Assembly (NCBI GenBank): GCA_030390025.1 | Contig: CM059432.1 | Location: 127,970,001-128,034,000, forward strand | Direction: 5' to 3' | Length of the DNA stretch: 64,000 nt | Source: Squalus acanthias | Taxonomy: Eukaryota | Shown: in pieces, positions 1-10,945 of the stretch | Layout of the letters: each line of letters begins with the position of its first letter | Position numbering within the stretch: the stretch's first letter is position 1 | Position numbers and translations under genes: made by a program | The notes under the pieces: generated by a model | What the model was told of the DNA's origin: nothing | The model's input: the letters and a program-made list of their open reading frames with translations, nothing else | Database searches by the model: none

Positions 1-452
1 ACTACTTTTGGATAAAAGTACTTTCCACCCCCCACCCTAGCTTGCCTTCCCACTTAAGCATGTTAAATCCATACCTGAAGTAGTCTACCAAAGCCACCGA
101 GCTCTAGAAACTGGTCTCCTTTGTATGAAGGCAATCTATTTGTAATATATTTTATTGATTAATATTTGTGCACTAAATAATGGAAAATTGGAAATCTGGA
201 TTATAAATCCATTATTCCATTTAAACACATCAAAACTGACTATTTTCTGAGCAGATTGAATTTGGCAACACAATGTATATTAGCTGTGACTTGTTATGAA
301 TGTGTGCAGTGTTTGTTATATCTATGAATGCTCATTGTATGTTAGTACTTCCATTATTTACTGTATCCTTTGATAAAGTGGGGACATAATTTTACTAAAA
401 TTATCGAGTTTTTTGTAAAATATTCAAATAGCAATAACCTACTATTTACGAT

Positions 453-573
453 AGCAAAATACTGCAGATGCTGGATATCCAAAATAACCACAGAAAACGC
501 TGGAAAAACTCAGCAGGCCAGGCAGCATCCGTGGAGAGAGAAACAGAGTTAACGTTTCAGGTCTAAGACCTTT
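453..573 (-). mobile_element. Solo Penelope-like terminal repeat unit with degenerate hammerhead motif
   Basis: Same sequence family as 1445-1580, 1663-1764 and the reverse complement of 3030-3128. The minus strand begins ...AAAGGTC-TTA-GACCT-GAAACGTTAACT, but the CTGATG core is degenerate. Confidence 0.75.
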
Positions 574-1539
574 AATCTTATGTTAATAAATTTAGCAATA
601 TGGTATCAGTAAAAGTTATTTCTACGCTCGGGTTATGGAGAAAGTGTTAACACCACATCATTCATAGAAATGAGACTTCATATAATGGTGATCATTTGCA
701 TTTTGATGCTTTGATAATCTCATGGTTGATTGGGAGAGGAGCGAGGATGATCTAATTTTCTGAATCAAGTCAGAAGAATAAATTGGGGATTATTACAAAT
801 CAAAGTACAAAAATGAAAAAGGAACACCACACCTCGAACAAATGGCCACCAAAATTTGAGCTGGAGAGGATTAGAACATTGGCTGACAAGTGAGCTCCAC
901 AAGGAGGACACCATTTAAAATACATTAAAATATATATATTTATTTATTTTATTTATTAATTATTACTTGCTTTTGTTTGTTATGACTGAAGGGAATTATT
1001 GAGTGAATATTTAAAAGATGTCCTGGGGTGGTGGAAACAATGTACAGATTAAGCATTAATATTGTGAGCAAGATAAATTTATACTTGCATGCCTTTAAAA
1101 ACTTGTAGATTGCCATGCTGTAAAGTTGTCAATTCTGTTTTACAATCTCAATATAAAATTAGAATTTGCAGTTATCCCAAGGAATTGACCATTTATGATG
1201 TCATTTGAAATCAAAGAAATGTGCACTATTGCAGGATAATTCTGGAGAGCCTGTTATCTCCAATTGCTATATATAAACTCCTATTCTGCAACAATCTTGA
1301 CTGCTATCTGTCCAGAAGAATCTTGCTACTCTCAGTACGTTGCTGTGCTGATAGTGCAGCTTCATCATATACAGCTGTCCTAGTTCTACGCATTTCAAAA
1401 ATTCACTTGCAGTTCAGTTTAAGGTTGTTTCACAAACTATTTGACAAAGGCCAAATACTGCGGATGCTGGAAATCTGAAATATAAACAGAAAATGCTGGA
1501 AATACTCAGCAGGTCAGGCAGCATCTGTGAAGAGAGAAA

Positions 1540-1578
1540 CAGTTAACATTTCAGGTTGGTGACCTTTCATCAGAACTG
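1540..1578 (-). ncRNA. Minimal type I hammerhead ribozyme motif (copy A)
   Basis: Minus strand reads CAGUU-CUGAUGA-A-AGGUC-ACC-AACCU-GAAA-UGUU-AACUG: 5-bp stem I, intact core, stem II with one mismatch, stem III AUGU (CpG-decayed ACGU). Confidence 0.7.
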
Positions 1579-1662
1579 GAAAATGTTACAGCTGTAACAG
1601 GTTTTAAGCAAGTACAGAAGCGGGGGAGGGGAGGAAAGAACAAAAGAGTAGGTCTGTGTTAG

Positions 1663-1764
1663 AAATAACAACAGAAAATGCTGGAAATACTCAGCAGGCC
1701 AGGCAGCATCCGTGGAGAGAGAAACAGAGTTAACGTTTCAGGTCTGGGACCCTTCATCAGAACA
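1663..1764 (-). mobile_element. 102-bp hammerhead-containing PLE mini-insert with 11-bp TSD
   Basis: GTCTGTGTTAG is duplicated exactly at 1652-1662 and 1765-1775. The insert is a hammerhead plus the PLE repeat tail. Confidence 0.85.
1729..1763 (-). ncRNA. Minimal type I hammerhead ribozyme motif (copy B, best preserved core)
   Basis: Minus strand reads GUU-CUGAUGA-A-GGGUC-CCA-GACCU-GAAA-CGUU-AAC. Stem III is the loop-less palindrome ACGU, with a predicted GUU cleavage triplet. Confidence 0.75.
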
Positions 1765-1955
1765 GTCTGTGTTAGGGTGGAAGACGAGTGATTAAATGAT
1801 ACATGGCATGATTGTGCAAGGCAAAAGGGGTGGTAATGGGACAAGTAAAGAAACAAAAGATGGGTCTAGAGAAGCTGTAAATGGCAATGGCAGAATCATT
1901 ACTAGCACCTGCTGTCTGGAAAAAATGGGGAGCAGTGGTTATGAACTGACTCCCA

Positions 1956-2770
1956 ACAGCTACCTTGATTACACTGCTTCCCACCCCGCTTCCTGGAAGG
2001 GACTCTCTTCCATTCTCCCAGTTTCTCTGTCTCGGTCGCAACTATTCTGACGATGCTGCCTCCACACCAGTGCTTCCGATTTTTTCTTCCTTTTACCCCA
2101 ATCGAGGACTCCCCTCCACCATGTTATACAGGGCCCTCAACTGTGTCCGTCCCATTTTCTACTCTCAATCCTTCCCGTCCCTCCCAGAACCACGATAGGG
2201 TTCCCCATGTCCTCACATTCCACCCCACCAGCCTCCACATTTAACGGATCATCCTCTGCCATTTCCGCCACTTCCAGTGCAAATCCACATCTTCCCCTCC
2301 CCTTCAGCATTCCAAAGGCACCATTCCCTCCGCGACACCCTGGTGCACTTTTGCATCACCCTCCAACACCCACTCCCTTTCCCACCTTCTCATGCAAACG
2401 CAGGAGATGCAACACCTGCCCTTTCACCACCTCCCTTCCCACCGTCCAGGGCTCCAAATACTCCTTCCAGGTGAAACAGCGACTTACTTGTTGTACTTGC
2501 AATTTAGTATACTGTATTCGCTGCTCATGCTCCTCTACATTGGGGAGACCAAACGCAGATTAGGTGACCGCTTTGCTGAACACCTCCGTTCAGTCCGCAA
2601 GCGTGACCAAGCTTCCGGTGGCTTGCCATTTTAATTCTCCACCCCACTCCCATTCTGACCACTCTGTCCTCGGCCTTCTACACTGTTCCAATGAAGTTCA
2701 AGGAACAGCACTTGATCTTTCGATTAGGCACTTTACAACCTTCTGGACTCGATATAGAGTTCAACAATTT
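1956..2770 (+). pseudogene. Penelope-like element ORF C-terminus (GIY-YIG endonuclease), frameshifted
   Basis: Fragments CKRRRCNTCP, CNLVYCIRCS, LYIGETKRRLGDRFAEHLRSV and LPVACHFN are characteristic of the PLE linker and GIY-YIG domain. Confidence 0.9.
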
Positions 2771-3128
2771 CAGATCATAACCACTTCTCCCATTTTTTTC
2801 GGACAGCAGGTGCTGGTAACGATTCTGCTGTTGTCATTTACAGCTCCTCAGACCCATCTTTTGTTTCTTTACTTGTCCCATTAACACCCGCTTTTGCCTT
2901 GCATAATCATCCCTTTTGTCATTTAATCACTCCTGCCTATCACAGACCTACCCTTTAGTTCATTGCTCCCCTTCACCCCACATTTCCCTGCCTCTACTTG
3001 CTTAAAACCTGGTTCTTCTGTAACATTTTCCAGTTCTGATGAAAGGTCACTGACCTGAAACATAAACTCTCGGGCCACAGATGTTGCCTGACCTGCTGAG
3101 TATTTCCAGCATGTTCTGTTTATATTTT
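2771..3128 (+). mobile_element. Penelope-like element pseudo-LTR, direct copy
   Basis: Follows the GIY-YIG ORF; inverted counterpart at 1445-1945; related copy at 35850-36263. Confidence 0.8.
3032..3068 (+). ncRNA. Minimal hammerhead ribozyme motif (copy C)
   Basis: AGUU-CUGAUGA-A-AGGUC-ACU-GACCU-GAAA-CAUA-AACU: perfect stem II, 4-bp stem I, stem III ACAU (CpG decay). Confidence 0.65.
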
Positions 3129-3284
3129 ACAAACTACTATCGCCTTCTCTACCAATATAGGGTCTTTTGTGTCTCAGTATCGGCCTCTTGAGGTCTATTT
3201 AAAATATTTTTGTTCTGGATTCTTTACCTTTGCTGTCTTGTCAATGCCAACTCCAGTTTCAAGATCTTCATCTGTCTCAGATTA

Positions 3285-3740
3285 TTTTTTTTATTCGTTC
3301 ATGGGATGTGGGCGTTGCTGGCAAGTCCAGCAATTATTGCCCATCCGTAGTTGTCCTTGAGAAGGAGGTGGTGAGCTGCCGCCTTGAACCGCTGCAGTCC
3401 GTGCAGTGAAGGTACTCCCACAGTGCTGTTGGGGAAGAAGTTCCAGGATTTTGCCCCAGCGACGATGAAGGAGCGGCGATATACTTCCAAGTCAGAATGG
3501 TGTGTGACTTGGAGGGGAACTTGGAGGTGGTGGTGTTCCAACACGCCTTCTAGGTGGTAGAGGTTGCGGGTTTGGGAGGTGCAGCTGAAGAAGCCTTGGC
3601 GAGTTGCTGCATTGCAACTTGTCGATGGTGCACACTGCAGCCACGGTATGCTGGTGGTGGAGGGAGTGAACGTTTAAGGTGGTGGATGGGGTGCCAATCA
3701 AGCAGGCTGCTTTGTCTTGGATGGTGTCGAGCTTCTTGAG
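3285..3740 (-). mobile_element. LINE-X (CR1-group non-LTR retrotransposon) 3' part
   Basis: Reverse complement of 20530-20944; continues at 4801 after a CR1 insertion. Confidence 0.85.
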
Positions 3741-4800
3741 GCAGAGGGTGATGGTCGAAGGTTGTTTTTGTGACTGGAAGCCTGTGTCCAGTGGTGTACC
3801 GGAGGGATCGGTGCTGGGTCCTTTTGCTGTTTGTAGTGGACATTAATGATTTAGATATGAATGTAGTAGGTATGATCAGTAAGTTCGCAGATGACACGAA
3901 AATTGGTGGAGTGGTAAATAGTGAGGAGGGAAGCCTCAGGCTACAGGACGATATAGACGGGATGGTTAGATGGGCAGAACAGTGGCAAATGGAATTTAAT
4001 CCTGAAAAGTGTGAGGTGATGCATTTTGGGGGGACTAACCAGGCAAGGGAATACACAATGAATGGTAGGACCCTAGGAAGGACAGAGGATCAGAGGGACC
4101 TTGGTGTGCATGTACATAGATCCCTGAAGGCAGCAGGACAGGTAGATAAGATGGTTAAAAAGGCATATGGGATACTTGCCTTCATTAGCCGAGGCATAGA
4201 ATATAAGAGCAGGGAGGTTATGATGAAGCTGTACAAAACGCTAGTTAGGCCACAGCTGGAATACTGTGTGCAGTTCTGGCCGCCACACTATAGGAGGGAT
4301 GTGATTGCATTGGAGAGGGTGCACAGGAGATTCACCAGGAGGTTACCTGGGCTGGAGCGCTTCAGCTATGAAGAGAGACTGGACAGGCTGGGGTTGTTTT
4401 CCTTAGAGCAGAGAAGGCTGAGGGGAGACCTGATTGAGGTGTACAAAATTGAGGGGCATAGATAGGGTAGACAGAAAGGAACTTTTCCCCTTAGTAGAGG
4501 GGTCAATAACCGGGGGGCATAGTTTCAAGGTAAGGGGCAGGAGGTTTAGAGGGGATTTGAGGAAAAACTTTTTCACCCAGAGGGTGGTTGGAATCTGGAA
4601 CTCACTGCCTGAAAGGGTTGTAGAGGCAGGAACCCTCAACATTCAAGAAGCATTTAGATGAGCACTTGAAACGCCATAGCATACAAGGCTACGGACCAAG
4701 TGCTGGAAAATGGGATGAGAATAGACAGGGCTTGATGGCCGGCGCGGACACGATGGGCCGAAGGACCTCTTTCTGTGCTGTATAACTCTATGACTATGAC
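3741..4800 (+). mobile_element. 5'-truncated CR1 LINE nested in LINE-X
   Basis: RT motifs KFADDTK, WQMEFNPEKC and LVRPQLEYCVQFW; CR1 3' UTR (gatgggccgaaggacct) ending in a ctatga repeat. Confidence 0.92.
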
Positions 4801-6700
4801 TCTTGTTGGAGCTGCACTCGTCCAGGCAAGTGGAGAGTATTCCGTCACACTCCTGACTTGTGCCTTGTAGATGGTGGAAAGGCTTTGGGGAGTCAGGAGG
4901 TGAGACACTCTCCGCAGAATACCCAGCCTCTGACCTGCTCTTGTTGCCACAGTATTTATGTGGCTGGTCCAGTTAAGTTTCTGGTCAATGGTGACGCCCA
5001 GGATATTGATGGTGGGGGATTCGGCGATGGTAATGCCATTGAATGTCAAGGGGCGGAGGTTAGACGCTCACTTGTCATTGCCTGGCACTTGTGTGGTGCG
5101 AATATTACCTGCCACTTATCAGCCCAAGCCTGAATGTCGTCCAGGTCTTGCTGCATGCGGGCATGGACTGCATCATTGTCTGAGGAGTTGCAAATGGCAC
5201 TGAACACTGCAGTCATCAACGAACATCCCCACTTCTGACCTTATGATGGAGGGAAGGTCATTGATGAAGCAGCCGAAGATGGCTGGGCCTAGGACACTAC
5301 CCTGAGGAACTCCAGCAGTGATATCCTGGAGCTGTGAAGATTGACCTCCAACCACCACAATCATCTTTCCTTTGTGCTAGGTATGACTCCAGCCAGTGGA
5401 GAGTCTGTCCCCCCCCTCCCCCGATTCCCATTGACTTCAGTTTTACTAGGGCTCCTTGATGCTTCACTCGGTCAAATGCTGCCTTGATGTCAAGGGCAGT
5501 CACTCTCATCTCACCTCTGGAATTCAGCTCTTTTGAACATGTTTGCACCAAGGCTGTAATGAGGTCTGGAGCCAAGTGGTCTTGGCGGAACCCAAACTGG
5601 GCATCAGTGAGCAGGTTATTGGTGAGTAAGTGCTGCTTGATAGCACTGTCGACGACACCCTCCATCACTTTTTTTGCTGCTGATTGAGAGTAGACTGATG
5701 GGGCAGTAATTGACATAACTGGGCAGTTTTCCACATTGTCGGATAGATGCCAGTGTTGTAGCTGTACTGGAACAGCTTGGCTAGAGGCGCAGCTAGTTCT
5801 GGAGCACAAGTCTTCAGCACAACAGCCGGGATGTTGTTGGCGCCCACAGCCTTTGCTGTATCCAGTGCGCTCAGTTGTTTCTTGATATCACGTGGAGTGA
5901 GTCGAATTGGCAGAAGACTGGCTTCTGTGGAGGTGGGGACCTCCAGGAGGAGGCCGATATGGATCATCCACTCGGCACTTCTGGCTGAAGATGTTTGCAA
6001 ACGTTTCAGCCTTGTCTTTTGCACTTGCGTGCTGGGCTCCACCATCATTGAGGATGGGGATATTCATGGAGCCTCCTCCTCCCGTTAGTTGTTTAATGGT
6101 CCACTACCATTCACGACTGGATGTGGCAGGACTGCAGAGCTTTGATCTGATCCGTTGATTGTGAGATCGCTTAGCTCTGTCAATAGCATGCTGCTTTTGC
6201 TTTTTAGCATGTATGTAGTCCTGTGTTGCAGCTTCCCCAGGTTGGCACTGCATTTTTTGGTACGCCTGGTGCTGCTCCTGGCATGCTATTCTACACTCCT
6301 TATTGAACCAGGGTTGGTCCCCTGGCTTGATGGTAATGGTAGAGTGAGGGATATGCCGGGCCATGAGGTTAGAGATTGTGGTGGAATACAATTCTGCTGA
6401 TGGCCCACAGCGCCTCATGGATGCCCAGTTTTGAGCTGCTAGATCTGTTCTGAATCTATCCCATTTAGCTCGGTGGTAGTGCCACACAACACGATGGAAG
6501 GTGTCCTCAGTGTGAAGATGGGACTTCGTCTCTATAAGGACTGTGCGGTGGTCACTGCTACCAATGCTGTCATGGACAGATGGATCTGCGACCGGTAGAT
6601 TGGTGAGGACAAGGTCAAGTAGGTTTTTCCCCTCGTGTTGGTTCCTTCACCAGCTGCCGCAGGCCCAGACTGGCAGCTATGTCCTTCAGGACTCGGCCAG
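4801..6700 (-). mobile_element. LINE-X RT/endonuclease body, 5'-truncated
   Basis: [26 protein letters not shown] and QFGFRQ; homologous to 19110-20530. Confidence 0.88.
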
Positions 6701-7809
6701 AAAATATCTGATTGCCTGATCTGCTACGACTTGTAGAACTGTCAAGTCTGATCCAACCTCACCAGAAGGTCTCATTGTAACCAATTCTTGGGGAGGCAGC
6801 CCTCTGGACAAGAATGTCTATTCCTGATTTTTCTCCAAAATATTCCTTAAATTGTGTTTTTTTTTCAAGCAACGCACCTTCAGACCACATAAATATTCTG
6901 CTTTAGATAGAGAGAGCCCTCCGTGTTCAGAAAACATGTACCAGCTGAGCAGTATTCCAGTGCGCAGTTGTTGAAGATCATCCAACACTAATCAAAAAGC
7001 TGAGGTTGAGCAGGTTTCCACAGCTGACCAGGTGCAACTCAACATTGGAATCTTGATGCACCAATAACACTGCACCAACCTCAGTGGGCACAAGCCATTT
7101 CAACAGGTGTATCTGACTGGATACCAATCCGGCTCCTTGTTGTAATGAACACTACTGCAGAGAAAAAGCCAGCCCATCAGTAACTTGCTGTAGGGCATGG
7201 CTCCATTATTCCCAAGGAACTTTCTAACTATTGCTGTAAGAGTTCTTCAGTACCGAGTCTTGCCTGTGACAGTTTTTATGCACGTAACCAATGTAATGCC
7301 CCCTGCATATCCAGTATCAACTTGGGAAGGGCTCCAAAATCTGATTGGATTTGAAATTGCTGCCCAACACTACTAGTCAACTCTCCTAAAGCCAATAGAT
7401 TTTACCCAAAATGATTGTCTGAACATCCCGTCTTGGAGGAATATGCTCTCGAGGACCATCAGCAAAAAATGGAAACTGTTCTTTAGTATTCCTTCATTTA
7501 ATGACCAATTGTATCTCTCTTTATATTGAAGGCAAAATTCATACGACAACGATCCTATACATGGTCTGGGTAGTCTCCTCTGATGCATTGCTTCTCGATC
7601 GGTTCTTGGATCACTCCACCTCCACAACTGACTCCAAATCTGCCCATTGGTTTATAGCTGTTTAAGCTGTCATCACGTGGTCTTCAAGTCAACTCCTTCC
7701 CACCAAAGACCCTCACACTTTAACTTTGGACTATTTCATATTGTCTCCTCCCTGTCCCTCTGTTTACAACCACATGTTGCTCCTAATCTCTTCAAATCAA
7801 AGGCAGTGG

Positions 7810-7965
7810 CGATATCGAGAAAGGTGGTGGTGAGATAGAGCTGGGTGTCATTAGCAGCGTACATGTGGAATCTGACTTGTTTTCGGATGATGTCATCGAG
7901 GGGCAGCATGTAGATGAAAATAGGAGGGGGCTAAGGATCGATTCTTGGGAGACTCCAGAGAAGAG
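7810..7965 (-). mobile_element. L2 LINE RT fragment
   Basis: Similar to 43385-43520 and the reverse complement of 60815-60950 (FHMYADDTQLY region). Confidence 0.7.
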
Positions 7966-8482
7966 TATTCGCCCTGATCCAGATTGAATTACGTTTTACT
8001 AGAGCTCCTTGGTGCTACACTCGGTCAACTGCTGCCTTGATGTCAAGGGCAGTCACTCTCACCTCACCTCTGGAATTCAGCTCTCGTGTCCATGCTTTGA
8101 CCCAATGGTTCTGGCGGAACCCAATCCAAGCATCGGTGAGTCGGTAATTGGAGAGTACGTGCCGCTTGATAGCACGGTTGACAACTCCTTCCATCACTTT
8201 GCTGATGATTGGGAGGCTAATGGGGTGGTAATTGGCCATTTTGATTTGTCCTTTTTGTGAACAAGACATATCTGGGCAATTTTCCACATTGTCTGGTAGA
8301 TGCCAGTGTTATAGCTATACTGGAACAGCTTAACAAAAGGTTCTGGAGTTCTTTCACTAAGGGCTCTTAGCTAGTTCTGGCGCATAGGTCTTCAACTACA
8401 GCCGAAATGTTGTCAGGGCCCGTAGCCTTTGCCATATCCAGTGCACTCTGCAGTTTCTTGATGTCAAATGGAATTAATTGAA

Positions 8483-9075
8483 GGATGGGTCTATTCGGTC
8501 CCCTTGGAGAACAAGACACACCCAGCAGTTTCTCTCGAATGTGTAATTCGATCCTGCCTGCCTACGTAATCAGTTACTTTGCAAAGTGTAATTCAAGCCA
8601 TTCTGACTGCCAGGCTCCGAGCAGAACAGAGCTCACCCTCGCAGGTTAAGACCTTCTCCCAACCCCTGTCCATGTTCCTATCCCCCCCACCCCCCGTGTT
8701 CCTGACCTTCCCTCCCACCCCCCCCTCCATGGATTGGGCATTGTGTGTGGGTCACGGATTGTTTACAGGCTTATCGGGTATGAAGTGAATAGTGACCGTA
8801 TCATGAGTTCCGGATTTCGTCCAGTCCAATGATGTCACTTGCCACATACACACCAAGCTTTCCGAGAAATCCACCAGGTCTAGGGTGAGGAGAGGGAGAA
8901 CGTGGTGGGGTTGGAAGAATGTGATCCGTCTTCCCATCTGGATCACGTTCTCGCTTTCAATCCTCTTCCCCCCCCCCCCCCCCCCCCCCCCCCCCAACTT
9001 TAGACCTGGATCACGTTCTTCCCCCATCCCCACTGTGCTCTTTACCCCCCCCCCCCCCCCGAGTTCCTGACTTTT

Positions 9076-9149
<74 letters not shown>

Positions 9150-9454
9150 AGCCACCCCGATTCCCTTTCTCTGATTCTCTCTCTTTTCCCCCCCTCCCCT
9201 CTTCTCCTCCCCCCCCCCCCCTACCCCATACTCTCGTCTCCCCCAGCCAGCACGGATCCAGTGACTGCCCTTCTCCCATGAAGCCAAGGAAAGCATGGCC
9301 TGCACCGCAGGTCGCAACTGTTGGGTACTGCGCATGCGCGGCCTTGGTAAATAGCGCGCATGTGCAGGAGGGGATCCGGTGCGCATGCGCGGCTCCGGTG
9401 TACCGCACGCATGCACAGAAGGCCACAAAAATGTTCGTGCAGATAATCACTTTG
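8483..9454. mobile_element. Unclassified 972-bp insertion with 9-bp TSD
   Basis: TTAATTGAA occurs at 8474-8482 and 9455-9463, and the host LINE resumes in register. Contains poly-C runs, a (CT)n tract and a CpG-rich end. Confidence 0.75.
9080..9146. repeat. (CT)n microsatellite
   Basis: Perfect dinucleotide run. Confidence 0.97.
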
Positions 9455-9595
9455 TTAATTGAATTGGCTGAAGACTGGCATCTCTGATGGTGGGGACCTC
9501 AGGAGGGGGCCGAGAAGGATCTTCCACTCAGCATTTCTAGCTGAATATGGTTGCGAACACTTCAGCCTTCTCTTTTGCACTTGCATGCTGAGCTC

Positions 9596-10345
9596 CGCAG
9601 GGGTCCTGGAGGGATCAGCTTCCGACAGCCTTATTGTTGCAGTGACAAGGGGTCCTGAGCCTGTGACTGATGCTCTCTCCTGCACAGGCATTGGAGGGGC
9701 CTTAAGGTAGCTGCTTTATTGCCACTCTCCAGAGAGACTGTGGTATTTGCGCTTACTTTTTGCATCCCACTGGTGTTGGGCACAGGCTCAGAAGTGCTAT
9801 TGGTTGTTTTTATTACAGACGGAATAGTCCCAACCAGGTCTTCAAAGCCCTGTACAAGAATGGTCTTCAGCTGACGAGGCACCTGTTGAAGCAGTAATCG
9901 CTTCCACTCCAGAAGCCACCAATGTCCTTCGAAGCTCTTTCTGTCATGAAGTCACAGAAATCTCCTGGGCAATACAGGCTCCAGAATGTTTTGCATGTAC
10001 TGGAAAGCTGTGAGTAATGGACTCCTTCCATTTGTCCATCATCATCGTGGCCACCCTCTTCATGCAAGGCATTCTTGTGATGTGAAACACAGAAGAGTTT
10101 GTTTCGTGACATTTCCCCTTGAAGAAATGGCATCTCAGTACTTTGAGAAAGCACAAAAAGCTGAGACTACCTATGATCAGCACTTCCCAATCTTCTGTTG
10201 CCACCTTGTCCACTCCCAAAGGCTCTCCTGTCTGGCAGCCCAAGATCTGCAGTGCCTCCTTTTCATTTATGCTCAGTGTTTTCAGCGCTGCTGTTCCTCC
10301 CCAGTATTATTTCCATGTTGCTAATTATAGACCAACTTTTCCTTT
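9596..10345 (-). pseudogene. Degenerate Harbinger-type Myb/SANT gene remnant
   Basis: Minus strand near 10345-10195 reads KEKLVYN*QHGNNT(fs)GGTAALKTLSINEKEALQILG, resembling the KEKLAHN..RTGGG..L..LT..E..L.ILG region of Harbinger/MSANTD-like proteins. Confidence 0.5.
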
Positions 10346-10504
10346 TGGAGGGAGATGATCCCTTCCTCTCCTCCTTCCCCCTCTCCTCCACATTCCCTCC
10401 CTCTCTCCCTCTACCTCAACCCTCCCTCTCTCCCTCTCTATCTACCCCTTTCTTTTCCTCTTCCCATATCCTGACTTGCACTGTCCTGTTCACCCATCAC
10501 CTTT

Positions 10505-10945
10505 GTGCTTGCTGACCTACATTGGATCTTAGTCCAGCGACATTTCAAATTTAAAATTCTCATCCTTGTGTTCAAATCCCTCCATGGCTTCACCCCCTTC
10601 CTATCTCTCTAACCTTCTCCAGCCCTACAACTCTCTGAGAACTCTACCTTCCTCTGAATCAGGCATCACGCATCCTCGATTTCCTTCGCCCCCCTCCCTT
10701 GGTGGCCATGCCTTCAGCTGTCAAGGCCCCAAGTTCTGTAATTCCCTCCCTAAACCTCTCTGCCTCTCTACACTTCTTCTCCTCCTTTAAGACGCTCCTT
10801 AAAACTTTGCCTAACCTCTTGGTCATCTGTCTTAATATCTCCTTATGTGGCTCGGTGTCAAATTTTGTTTGATAACGCTCCTGTGAAGTGCCTTGGGACG
10901 TTTTACTATGTTAAAGGCGCTATATAAAATGCAAGTTGTCATTGT
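10505..10945 (+). mobile_element. L2 LINE 3' end
   Basis: Similar to 61430-61862; ends ggcgctatataaaatgcaagttg. Confidence 0.85.

Larger units (their letters stand above)
1445..1945 (-). mobile_element. Penelope-like element pseudo-LTR, inverted copy
   Basis: Reverse-complement similarity to 2771-3128 along its length. Interrupted by the 1663-1764 insert. Confidence 0.8.
7995..9595 (-). mobile_element. LINE-X fragment split by the 8483-9454 insertion
   Basis: 7995-8482 and 9455-9595 are collinear with 5440-6040 (ANYHPISLPIISKVMEG, RVTALDIKAA). Confidence 0.8.

Noticed and set aside
8752..9450. 232-aa ORF with RE repeats and poly-Gly
   Set aside because: Artefact of the (CT)n and poly-C tracts read on the minus strand.
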